Shown here in pieces: positions 51,001 to 62,935 of a stretch of 64,000 nt of DNA (within the stretch, counting starts at the first letter, position 1; every line of letters starts with the position of its first letter). The DNA is from Ophelia neglecta (taxonomy: Eukaryota): contig OZ260666.1 of NCBI GenBank assembly GCA_965285935.1, forward strand, positions 43,152,001 through 43,216,000. The letters run 5' to 3'. Below the pieces are notes generated by a model. That model was not told where the DNA came from. It saw only the letters and a program-made list of their open reading frames with translations, and did not search any database. A program made the position numbers and the translations under genes.

Positions 51001-51223
51001 ACCTACTTGGATCTTATTTCTCTTTTATTCTATTTAGACAGGTTGTTTTACATTAAAAGAGTACAGTCTTTTCTTCCCATTAGTTGCCTGAATACACATG
51101 TTGTTTGAATATAGATGTGTTCTTTAAGGCAAGTTTTACTGTATTGGCGATAAAGATCGTATGAAATTACAGCTCACCTGTTATAACTATCAGAACAGAC
51201 GCAATATGTCCGAATCGACCCAT
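48035..51223 (-). CDS. D8C domain, Cys-rich-stalk single-pass membrane protein, paralogue B (~386 aa)
   Basis: Exons 51223-51178, 50695-50573, 50334-50221, 49976-49903, 49804-49264, 48587-48455, 48164-48035 (1161 nt, one frame). Same exon phases and motifs as paralogue A (WYRFTGAGGNMIPETCPPKNRCRTHA, CIHWSSRCC, VKLCPSDQGNFYVYQL). Confidence 0.9.
50865..51142. mobile_element. Degenerate Tc1/mariner-type MITE in intron 1 of paralogue B, carrying a ~95-bp insertion
   Basis: TA|cattgaaaactgtgaatagaaaccacccaa ... ctttaaggcaagttttactg|TA; aligns by eye to 43604-43757 outside ~50938-51031. Confidence 0.6.
50944..50988 (+). ncRNA. Minimal type I hammerhead ribozyme motif (Penelope-like/retrozyme type)
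   Basis: cc CTGATGA c GGCTG-tat-CAGTC GAAA GC TC gg: conserved core boxes, 5-bp stem II, palindromic AGCT in place of stem III, short stem I. Confidence 0.65.
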
Positions 51224-52965
51224 GTCTACAAAGTCGTCGCCTTGTTTAGATTCCAACCACTAATTCTAGAAATACTCAAACACAGTGAGAAGAACTGCTT
51301 ATTATATTTCAGTATCCTGGATTTGCCAGCTGTCAGTGATAGCAAGAGATCAGAAAACCGCATGACACGAATCTATTGTTATGGGAGTCAAACTTCAGAA
51401 ATCTGACCTGTCCCTCCATTGGAGGAGAAGAAATATCCATCATCAGTGTGAACTGATGACATAGATGACATGACGCTCAATTAATAACTGATTAATATCA
51501 TTTGCACTCGTGGCTGGCAGTGCATTGCTGTGTTGGTCTAGCTTCCCTGCATAGATTCTTGAATTTTCATACAATTGGGCTTTAGGTTATTATATTACAA
51601 TAGTCAGGCTTCTAGTTATCCAATGCCACAAAAAATAGTTTGCCGAGTGTCTTGCACTAAATGGATACTAATGTCAAATACTTTTTGAGAGAATCAATAG
51701 GTTTAGCATGCGAGCGACTAAAAAAAGAGACCCATTAAATTTGTGTTCAGTATGACTGTTTAGATTTCTATTGATTAATAAGAAAGTGGGTCCGCTTCTT
51801 ATATTCGGGTTTAGTATTTTTTATACCTAATAACTCGTGCTAAAAAATATTGGTGCATATTGCGATCTTTATCCAGAGGACATTTTAACCTGACCATTAA
51901 CATAAAAGAAAACACATCAGTGATGGCTTCATTAACTCATGAAGGCCATGCACGCATGAAATTAAGTTCTCAGATGAAACAGCATAACTACATGAAAAAA
52001 AACTGTTTATGTTTGGCAAGTAACTCGTAACCCGTTTGTCAGTAGTGCCTCGTATACCATAGTTGTACATTTGACGCAGAAGAAATGAATGGTTAATAAT
52101 ATCAGCACATTGTTTACCATTAGAATATTTCGGAAGGAAAAAATTAACTAACAATATAGAATATATTTAAACAAGTTGTTGGTTCTGAATTTCATGTCCT
52201 AATGATATTTCACCCTTGGGTGGTCTTAATTCACAGGTTCCACTGTATTGTTACATTTAGTTGTTAATTGAAATGAAAATGCATACGTGATAAAAATACC
52301 TAGATGCAGTAAGCTTATTGAATTGATTTTTATCATATGCTTTCTGAAATTCTTAATATATACCAATTAACGAGTAACCATTCTCAATGGCATAAACGGT
52401 TTTATCCACTAGCCTGATAAGCGGCATTTAAGCACTGTGGTTTTTTGAGTTATCTGCCTATTGTGAATTAGATCCATCGATATAAACGATGAGGACAAAA
52501 CTGATGGAATAAAGCCAAGCAATATGATTAAATAAATAGTTGATATCTGTAGGCCTACATGTTTAAAGAACCCTTATTGAGAGGAAATTCATGCTTACAA
52601 ATATATGTTCGCAGGGAGTGTTTCCGGCAGATCTAATAACAATTCTTAGAGACCTTTTCCTTTATTTTATTTAATAAGGGAAATACAAGTGTTACCCCAT
52701 ACCTGTAATATAGGCAATAATTGAAATAAAAGCTTACAGATGAAGAATATATATAGGGCGAACAGAGTATTTTTTAATAATACCTTCTAGTTTTTCGTAG
52801 GAAACCGAGTGCTCGAGTCACTTCAATACCTCATATAAACCTATATGAATGTGGTCTGCCCATGTCTGAGAGGAATGAATCAAAATACCTTCATCGGCTT
52901 AATCCTTTAAATTTACTGTCCATGATAACCAAGTGGTTGTGACACTATTTATCTTACAGCTACTA

Positions 52966-53900
52966 CCCACAAAGCCAAAAAACAAAAAAAAATTTAAATG
53001 TCTTAAAAGTGTTTTTTTCAAAACATATAAACGTTTAAAAAAAACAGATAAAAAGTTTATTTAACATTAATTTGTTGGTTCTTATTTACATTTGTTAAAC
53101 GTTTTTTAGAAACATTTTTAGCATGCGTTTTTATAATGTTTTTCCTCAAACGTCTTTTCAACGTTATTTTGTTGGTTTTTTAAACATATTGTTAACGTTT
53201 AAAAAAAAGCATTCACAGTATTATTCCTTAAATGCGTTCTTTTAACACAGTTTAAACATTTGTACAAAAAAATTCTTAACAAACGTTTTTCTAAATGTTT
53301 TATCTCAAACGTGTTTCCAACTTTATTCTGTTAGCTTTTTTTAAGACATGTTCACGTTTTTAAAAACATTCACACTATTATTCCTTAAATGCGTTTTCAA
53401 GATTTCTTCCTTCTTTTAAACATTTAAATAATACAAATACACATTTTCCAACTATTAACAAAGTGTATTTAATGGGCCACACTGCCATAAATGATAAAAG
53501 CTATACTTTTACACAAATTAATCAAGCATGCCATAGCTCTCTAGCTTCATAGAACATACTTTGTAGCTTTCTTTAACATACTTTTTTTATGGCATAAAGG
53601 TTTACAAAACTTTTTACGCTGCATATCTCAGGTGATTTACACACATCTAAAAGCAATATAAATTGAACATAAAACAAATGACAATATACTTTATTTGATC
53701 ACATTATAGAACCTCTACTCCAACATGTGATATATAGTAGAAAAATAATATTTCATAAGTGAATAAACATGTTATGATAAAACGTACCTTTTCCAACACC
53801 AATTAAGAAAGTTAAAAACGTTTTTAAATCTATTCTACACGTATCTTATAAACGGTTGTGGTTAACTTTTTTCAAAACGTTTGATAAAATGTTTGGTGGG
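52966..53900. mobile_element. AT-rich non-autonomous DNA-transposon-like element
   Basis: TA|cccacaaa ... tttggtggg|TA termini; many internal aaacgtttt motifs; internal direct repeat (~53090-53250 vs ~53275-53400). Confidence 0.55.
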
Positions 53901-55118
53901 TATGACAGTGGGTGTAATTGGCTCCCAGAAATGAGGAGCTTACGGGTCTCGCTAGATAATATTTTACTAATCTTGCAACGGCGATCGTTAAGGGGCTTAC
54001 GTCGATTTTTAAAGGGTTTTATCTAATGTATATAACGTCGCACCTCGCGCTTACGAAACACATCTAACACACCCAGCGCTTGCTGGCCTGTATATATCAT
54101 ACAACCTACATAATATCTGTTTGAGCTAAACACAAGTTTATTTATTCATATGAATTTCTATGAAACAGTTTTCTGTAATCTGGCAGGCTTCTGGTCTAAT
54201 TTGGTAATCGATGCCCCTTAATTAATAGAGACGCACCATTCCACGTAAATAGGGAATTTACAAAAAAAAGCATGCTGATAACTTTTATACAAAATAAAGC
54301 AACTACGCATTCTGAATAAATGGATTAATTTGAATAGATGTTTTTATAGTTAAAAATTCGAAACTACAGGGTGACCATCCATATTTTACACGCATTAGAG
54401 ATCAAAGTAGAAGCTAAATAGGCACATTTCTGTAAATTTGCCCAAGTGGCTAGTAGTGGGTTATGTGTTGCAACGCGGACGTGCTGCTACGTATTATCCA
54501 ACCTGTATGTTATTGACAGCATAGGGGATCTAGCTTGTTTTGTTTTTACCGTTTTTAATTTGACGTTTACGTGTGGTAGGCTACAATAGCCGTACGCTCG
54601 TTGATACCAGTGGAAGGGCCAGTGGTAGAACTATTCGATTTAACAATAATAATATATATGAGTGTACATGTAGCACCGTATGACACGTCACACCAGGTAC
54701 TGGTTACATCCTAGTCAACCGTGCCATACCAAAAACTTCTTATAAAGGACCAGTCCGACCAGCGTCAACGGCCGGTGTACGTCTTGAGAGGTATGTTACG
54801 TTCAAGGCTACCACATGTGGGTCGGCCCCAATAATTTTGTCGCCAGTTTGATTTGGCTATCAGACTCATATAATGAAATGCCTTTTGGCCCAATATGTAC
54901 TGTAAGTCGCTGAATGTTGGTGACAATACCATTTGGTACATGATCAAAACTGGGTTAAAAGAAAATGAATTATATAACAACTAACGATAGTTTTAAACCT
55001 AAGTGACACAGTAGTGAACAGGTGTTTAGGTACAGTAAGGCTGCGAGATCTAGCACCAGATTCAATACAAGGACACCAGACAACCTGTACAGCCTGTAAA
55101 TAACAACAAAACAGTATA

Positions 55119-55297
55119 CATTAAAACCTGTCTAATCAGGTCAGTCAAGGGACTGGAAAAAACTGACCACATAATTCAGGGGACCTTAATAGGCAGGTCA
55201 CTTAACACAGGCAAAAATGGGGATTTGGTTGCAATCAAGTGACCTTAGTGGGCAGGTGACCTTATTACACAGGTGACCACAAACACAGGTTTGTCTG
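55119..55297. mobile_element. Tc1/mariner-type MITE
   Basis: TA|cattaaaacctgt ... acaggtttgtctg|TA with internal caggtgacc repeats. Confidence 0.55.
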
Positions 55298-55529
55298 TAT
55301 ATATGCCATTCGTGCTCTAATAGGTTACTGGCTCGGTATGCAAATAGTTCTATAGTAGGCTACAAGCTGTGTTAAGAAGAATAATCAGTGCATTACCTGG
55401 TCCAATTTCGATTAAATATTTATGATTTAATCCAATACGTATCATTAATTGTGTCCATTAGAAGATTTGATTAGTTTTTCTATCGGTATTAATTTGTCTA
55501 CGCAGGCATTCCAGATTAACCACCAAATT

Positions 55530-56040
55530 AGGGGCGGATCATTTAATACTTGAGGGGGGGGGGAGGTTATTGTTTTCTTTCTGATAAAAAAAATTAAACT
55601 TTTTTTTCTCCCTGATCAGAAGCAAACAATGGCAGAGACAAAAAAATTCCAGGACACAAGTATAAAGAAACCCTTATGCTATCCCTTATCGTGAAGTGAA
55701 AGAATATCTCCTCTTCTTAGTTGTAACGTCTTCAATAAAGTAGGAAGATATTATTAAACATTAAGGCTAGTACAATGTACTTCATGTTCATTCAAGTTCA
55801 TGTTCAAGTTCAAGTTCATTTTATTCAAAAGTGGCATTAGGCTAAAATAAAACTGTTGACCAAGCCGAGCGAGGAAAATATTTGATCTTCTCTTTAATTA
55901 TTTTCTGCAGTTTCAGGCCGATTTCTTTTTATAAATCTGCTGTCAACAATCTATTATTAATTTTGGTCAACTTGGCAAACAAAGTTTTTTTTTTCACAGA
56001 AAAACCATACCCCCCAGGTATTAATTTGGCTCATCTATTC
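55530..56040. mobile_element. MITE-like element
   Basis: Imperfect inverted ends: tcatttaatacttgagggggg versus ccccccaggtattaatttg. Confidence 0.4.
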
Positions 56041-56711
56041 CATCTAGCTGAGTTTCAAAGCTCTGGGTCTATTTCTAATGTCAAATTGGTTGGCTGACAT
56101 GTACTTTGACTTGGCAGCACAGAGCTTCTGGCCAGGATATCTATAGGCCTACTCCCTGTGGTGAAAGTCAGAATTTTTATCTACTTACCGATAAAGCACT
56201 ATTTTTTCCGACATTATCTTATTGATTAATGCATACAGTCATGAACAAATAAACAATCGATTTGTCTTAGTCAATTTAGTTTGAAACCTATGGATCCGAC
56301 TACAAATAGAGACTTTTGACCGACTTTGAAATGTTGTCACTGTTTAAATATAACGGGTCTGGTCAATATGCTCTCTAAATGACTTTGTATTCATAACATG
56401 GCCAACCCAGTTTTCCCTCCTCTAGTTGCGCCTTTGAGGAGAATGTTACATACTATAACTTGTTACATATGTAAAAATTTGGTTCAGCAGTGAGAACCTT
56501 AAGCCGGTCCCGAATAATACAAACCAGCTTTTTGTTTTGCAAAAATATATATCAAGCTCGCCAATCACTATCTTGTCGAGTTCAAAATAGGTTTATCAGT
56601 TTTATAAGATAAGTTTGGGTTCAGGGTAAAAAACTTCGAATGACCATGTACATGATATCAATCCAAAGAAATGACGTTAACAGCAATGTCATAATTATTA
56701 ACACATGGCTT

Positions 56712-57495
56712 TGGAATTTGATGTTTTCGAAATCAATGAAATTTGCACCAGTAGTTTGGAAACCATTGTGCATATGAACAGGGTGGGTAAGGTGGGGGGG
56801 GGGGGGGGGGGGGGGTTCTGTCCCCAGATCACAATTTTGAAAATTGACATTTCCCAGTTCCCAGAAATATGTTGAAATTTCCCAGTTCCCAGGGAATAAC
56901 CTCGCTCCCGGCTCCCGGACAATAAATAACAAAATCCCGATTCTCAAATATAGATACACTGTTGTGCATTCATTATCAGAATCGTATTTCTTACCATTAA
57001 AATCACAATCCAAGCCCGTGTAAGTGTCATAGGAGCTCACTCCAGGTAATTTGTGACGTGACATCCTTTAAACCGCAATCCCATTTCACAAGATTTTAAA
57101 TGAGCAATCACAAGTGTCAAATAAATCGGTCATTCCCATGGAGTTCATGGATATTATAAACAGGATTTCCCGTTTCCCAGGTATCTTCTGATCCCGAATC
57201 ATGGGAAATACGTAGGCTTAATTCCGGGTTCATGAACATAATTATCTAAGATCTATTCCCGATCCCAGAAGTCGGAATTTCTCCTACCCCCCCCCCCCCC
57301 TCCCCCTATGAATACTTTTCCAAATGGTATCGGTTAAAGTTGTTTTTTTATGAGCTCAAAGGTTGTTACCATTTTGCCCAGCTAACTGTCTGTCACCAGG
57401 AATTGGTGCAGTGGTGTCTGTAAATCCAATGTTGATTGAATGAGCCTTAGTTGTCTTCTCCCATGAAACGGTTGTCACCGGGAGAAATTGGTATA
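56712..57495 (-). mobile_element. Retrotransposon gag-like remnant (copy 1), interrupted by a ~540-bp insertion at ~56775-57310
   Basis: HNGFQTTGANFIDFENIK on the minus strand; both parts align by eye to 61305-61621. Confidence 0.55.
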
Positions 57496-57945
57496 CAAAG
57501 ACCGTGTAGGCTTAAAGGCCTCATGTGAGGTTCGAACATTGTATTGAGACTGATAGCCTTATCAGCTTACACGGTGTTTCATGGGGGTCCAGTTGATAAT
57601 CAACAAATGATACAATCATTTTATTAGCGAGGAAAATGTACAAAGTATATAATCCAAAACACCAGTCAGATTTAAACATAGAAGAGGGAAACTAAACCAA
57701 TCCTACGGCATATATGTACTCGACATTTACTTCGATAGCTAAGATGTATGGGCAGTTTAAATTGTATAAAGCCTATTAACAACTGTCAACAACAGATAGC
57801 ATATCAATATTATAAATGCACTATACCATATATATTCCAGGCCATTACGGAAGAGTAACCTGTGGCCTCGTTCGTGGTTTTACCAAATATCGTTTATTTT
57901 AAACTCCAGACGCGGTTAGTCTGCTGCATTTGAACAGGCAGTAAC

Positions 57946-59624
57946 ATGGCAAAGGTAGCCGAAGCTGCAGTAGTGAATGAGCTAAAATGGGAGAAACTGC
58001 CTAAGACAGTGTACAACAATGTTGAAGGTCAGCTGACTGTCTACCTCCCTGGGTTCACATACAGCGATGTCGATAATAAAGGCATGTAGTAATTTATAAT
58101 CGCAATACCTAATATTGATTAATCATTGCCCGCCTAGGCTATGGATTATAGTGAAACCCCCACGTCAGTGTTGCACAGTTAGCCCCAAGACAGGCGGTGC
58201 ACATGAAAATTAAAGGAAATACAAATGAACCTATGTCAAGGTTTTGAAATTATTTCAAATGTTCAAGTAAAATAGTTCCAGTTTTCAAACTAAAAATTCC
58301 TTTTAGGTTAAGTAAGAAAATTGAAAAAGAAAACTGGTAGGGTGCGAATCATTTTTTCTTTTGGAATACAAGGTTTTCATCTTTCCAGCTATTTCGAATA
58401 CATTGTCCTGCGTGCAAAAATAAACAGTGGGGTCCCCATGCACTTTATATGGAGGTACTGTGGAACCGAGGTTATCGCTCATAATAATGGAGTCATATTT
58501 ATAAAATCTAATTCATTGACCACCTAGGCTATTGATTATAGGATAAATGTGGATTTTTTCATTGAGCTTAACAGAAGGAAATATCAATTATTTTGACTTT
58601 TGTCTATGCTGCTAAGGTATAAAATCAAATATTTGAGGATCTAACTTCTTTTTATTTTACATTATTTTGCCATCAATAAAAAGGTTATAAGTTACGACTA
58701 TTTGCATGTTGTTTTGTAACAGTATATGAGGACTATTTTGTAACACAAGTGTATATGTATATCTTGATTACACATAGTGAGGTAGGTTTGTTAATTTCAA
58801 AACTAACACAAGATCATGACTGTAACAATTAAAAGAAATGTTCATATTTTCACTCAGGTAACCTGACGCTGTGGTCTGCAGCCAGTTATGCCGAAGCCGG
58901 AAGATCACATATTTATTTCGACCCAAAGCTACCTTTTTGTGAAACATTTCAAGAAGGCTTTTTTTATCTGGCATCTGTCATATACGAATTCACGCCACAT
59001 TTCTATAATAAAGCATGTAGATACAACCCGCTACGAGATGAAGTCAATGTTACTAATATTAGAAAACGTTCATTAACGCAATATGATAAGATCTGGTCGA
59101 CAGTTACTGGGGAACTGTTGTATACCTCCACGGCAGTTCTTGTACATGTTGACATGACGTCACGAAAACCTTCGAGTCTACCTCCATCGTTCAAGGAGAT
59201 TTTTGGAGCGAAGGCTCTTTCAATGCCAGGCGTTAAAATACAGAGGATCGATAGACCGACACGGACCTTCATTGTTCCATACCAAATTCAATGGAGCGAT
59301 TCTGACTTCTTGGAACATTCCAATCAGTCCTCTTACGTCCGTTATTGCTACAACGCCGCCCAGACCCTAGTGAGGCTAAACGTATTTAAAAACATCCAAG
59401 GAGAGTTGGGCAATTATAGGGTGTGTAGAGTTACTTGTCTTTACTTGAATGAAACAAAGCCCGGGGAGATTGCCAATATACACGTGTGGGAAGATGAATC
59501 CAATAAGTGGAACTTGTATTTTCACATAGAAATAAGCAAATTTCTAAGGTATCAGGGCTCCATTGAATTCCAAGATCCGGGTCACGAGAAAGATCGCCAA
59601 AAATCACAAAAGGCGAAACTGTAA
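57946..59624 (+). CDS. Double-hotdog acyl-ACP/acyl-CoA thioesterase-like protein, paralogue C (~300 aa)
   Basis: Exons 57946-58081 and 58858-59624, open frame. Motifs YSDVDNKGNL..WSAASYAEAG and IQWSDSDFLEHSNQSSYVRYC resemble the two D-x-D-x-x-x-H-x-N type hotdog motifs. The donor is GC (AAG|GCATGT). Confidence 0.8.
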
Positions 59625-61269
59625 CAAAAGAAGAAAAGAGCAGTTTAATCGACATTTTAAAATCTAGAATATTGATCTTTCTGATATGATATTGGGAAGT
59701 CCAGTAAGTAATGACATGTCAGAATTATTTTAGTGTGTACGATATAAAAGCATTAAGTGGATTTTATATTGGTAGAAATTTATTTCATTTGATTTTTTTT
59801 TACAGTGATTCGAGCCTAATGAGAATAAACCCTTGATTCAATATGTGTTCACTGCCAAATGCTTTTTGTATTTTCAGTGTTAAGAAATGCTCTTGTAATT
59901 AAATTTCATATTTTCATTGTTTTCCTTATTTTTGCCTGTAGGCACGTGAATTTGTCATAGGTCATCAACATGCTCCTTCAGATACATAAAACAATGATCA
60001 AAGCAATCTATATTTTAGTAATGTTATGTGGTGTTACTACATGCAGCATGCGGTGTGATGTATGTGGTATGCATTGTGATATATAATATTCAGGATTGAA
60101 ACTGATAAAATGATAAACTCAAGGAATACACTATTACATGCAGTGCCACACATTTCTGAAATATTACCTAGGCTACATAGTATACATTGTACCAGCTGGA
60201 TTTGGCGGACCAACCGATATTACTTCTTTAACTGCTAAAATACACAAGTGTATGTCTCAGGTGAAACGATACAGTTGATGATCCATCCAAGAATTTGTAT
60301 CATTGCATAACAATAATGATCCAAATGTATTATTTAAAAATAATGCCACCGTTTTAATATTTCACTGTATCCTGCAAGTTTAGCAAAAACACCACATGTT
60401 CCTCAAACATTTTTTGTGAAGAAAACAAGTCAAAAAATGTTGTGTTCTCCCTTTGTTGTAGGCAAATAAAGGACGGTCACAATCTCCTTAATGAGAGTCA
60501 TTATCGAAGAAAAATCTTTGAAATTTCGTATGTAGGTGCTACTAGTATCTGCCATTGACTTAACACGTACGTAGTGAATACTGCAGTGACTTTGAGTGAT
60601 CGATCTTTTCCGCTCATCCTAGGTCTAGGGAAGGCATCGTACACATAATGTGAGCGTATGCTGAAGACCAATCAATGTACATGTTCTGTTCCAATTACTA
60701 GGAATTAAGCGTGACCTGTTCACTTTGTAAGTTAAAGCTACTTTATTTTACATTGTCGATTAGTTCCGAAATCTAGTTTCAATTATCAGACTGCAATGAC
60801 CGTTTTTCTCATTTCATTGCCCATGTGCTATGAAGACAATTTAACATGACGTCTAACATTTATAATAGGGCCTGGTCCATCGTAGTCTCCTTTAGGGCAC
60901 ATGTTAACTTCGTTCTCATGGACTACTGACTAGAATGGCCAGCCGATATAGAGGCATGGGAGGTCAAATCTAATGTTTATAGAAAAAACATAACCGATGT
61001 ACAAAAAGCCAACGAATAGCTTGAAATATATATTTATGATATAGACATAGCTGAAGGGAACGCTTAACTAGCGGAGACATCTGAAACAAACACTATTTTG
61101 TTTAACGGTCTTGAGAAATTAGAAAGGGATATATCTGACTCCAAGGTCGAGTATCATCAGTTGAAGTCAAAGCTTAAAAGCGTTAATGCCCGGGTTGAGG
61201 AAATAGATCGGGTTATCCAAAGATGTTCCGGTGAAAGCCCCATACACCACCAACGTGATGCAACAGGGC

Positions 61270-61621
61270 GAGAACATTGAAAGAGTTCTTCGGGTCGTTC
61301 TTCAAACCCCAATTTGATGTTTGCGAAATCAATGGAATGTGCACCAGTAGATTGGAAACCATAGTGCATACAAATCCTCTGTTAAATTGAATCAGTTGAA
61401 GTTGAATTTTCCAAAATGGTGATGCGAGATACAACAGGGCAGTAGTTGACCACTTGTCCGAATAGGACCTCAAAGGTTGTTACCATTTTGCCCAGCAGTC
61501 TGTCTTTGTCTTCAGGAATTGGTGCAGTGTCGTCTGTAAATCCACGGATGGTTGCATTAGCCTTGGTTTTCTTCTTCCATGAAATGGCTGTCATCAAAAA
61601 TCGGGAGAAATTGGTATCCAA
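61270..61621 (-). mobile_element. Retrotransposon gag-like remnant (copy 2), with stop/frameshift damage
   Basis: DTNFSRFL..WKKKT..RGFTDD..GQVVNYCPVVSR.TILENSTS.DSI followed by [28 protein letters not shown] recognise this as the N-terminal region of a marine-invertebrate LTR-element polyprotein (recall, not a search). Confidence 0.65.
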
Positions 61622-62935
61622 AAGCAGTGTATCCTAAATGCCTTATGTGAGGTTTTGAAAAAAACTTATTTAGACTTGAAAGCCTTATCAGCTTACTCTG
61701 TTTTTCAAAGTATATAAACTAAAAGCACATGTCACATTTAAACATGGAAGAGGGAACTAAACCAACAATTTATACATGTGAGAATGTATAGTGTGAAAAA
61801 ATTTAAAACTCTTTTTACTATATATAAGAAAACACCTGATCACCTTCGTGCAAATCCAGTTGCAAAAATCACTGATCTGAGCATACAATGAATCTAATGT
61901 CTAATATCTTAAATATTTATCGTGAAAAATCTTAGATTGCCTCTCTCGCATGCCTTCACTACTCTTAGCCGTGTAGTCGTACGCTGCGAGATTAATTAGT
62001 CCTACTTACAGATACTTATATGCGGTTCTTTATTTCAAAACGGGATCTTGAGTATTTTGTCATATCATGCACTAAATTGTATATTTATTTAGTTCTTAGA
62101 AACTTTTATATTCAGGGGTGTAAAGATGAAACTGTTCTGTTAAATTTCACGTTATATTCAAGATGGGATCAGCCATTAACCTAAAAAACAATGTGAAAAT
62201 TACTTGCTGCTTACAAAGTAATCGTTCACATGGGGAGGTGTTTATATTTGAGATGGTTTAGTGGCCGACTAACACACCCTCCAATTCTACACCTGTAAAA
62301 AGCCAACGGACTAGTTCCATAATCATGGCCATGTATTTTCAGATGCTTTTCGATTTGTCAGCGATTTGTTAGTTATCATATCGGCGACTATGAATCGTCA
62401 GCAATGTGATAGTTTATCACATCACCGACAATGATGCGCATACCGTGCACTGCCCAGCTTAGGTCATACAAGACTGACCACCTTAGTTTTGAAGCCGATA
62501 TTAGAGTACACATATTTATGTATGATAACCTTCGTATTAATTACACACATGTTTCAATGCATGTTCTTAATGGGTTTACTTCATTGACATTCAAAGAGTC
62601 TTTTTTTTTAAGCCTTGGGCCGCCGGCCCTCGTTTCCCCCTTTACGCAGATATTCATTCTTATGTCCTGTACGGCATACAAGCACTTGACCTTTACTTTG
62701 ATAGCTAAGCACTAAGATGTACGCGCGGTGTAACTTGTTAAGCCTATTGCCGCCTGTCATGTGAGCAACAGATAACAATTCAATATTATAAATGCGCTAT
62801 AACATATGTTCCAGGCCCATTCGCAAGAGTAACTCGTGACCCAATACGTGGTTTTCACCAAATACCGTTTATTTTAAACTCCAGACGCTGCATTTAGTGG
62901 AACAGCTTGTCCGCTGCATTTGAACAGGCAGTAAC

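Noticed and set aside
54605-54750. Possible degraded tRNA-derived SINE (also a SINE-tail-like stretch at ~37850-37910)
   Set aside because: The A/B boxes are too eroded to support a call by eye.
60915-61280. Coiled-coil-like ORF fragment ([25 protein letters not shown])
   Set aside because: It is surrounded by stops and has no splice structure. It is probably a decayed TE fragment that I cannot assign.
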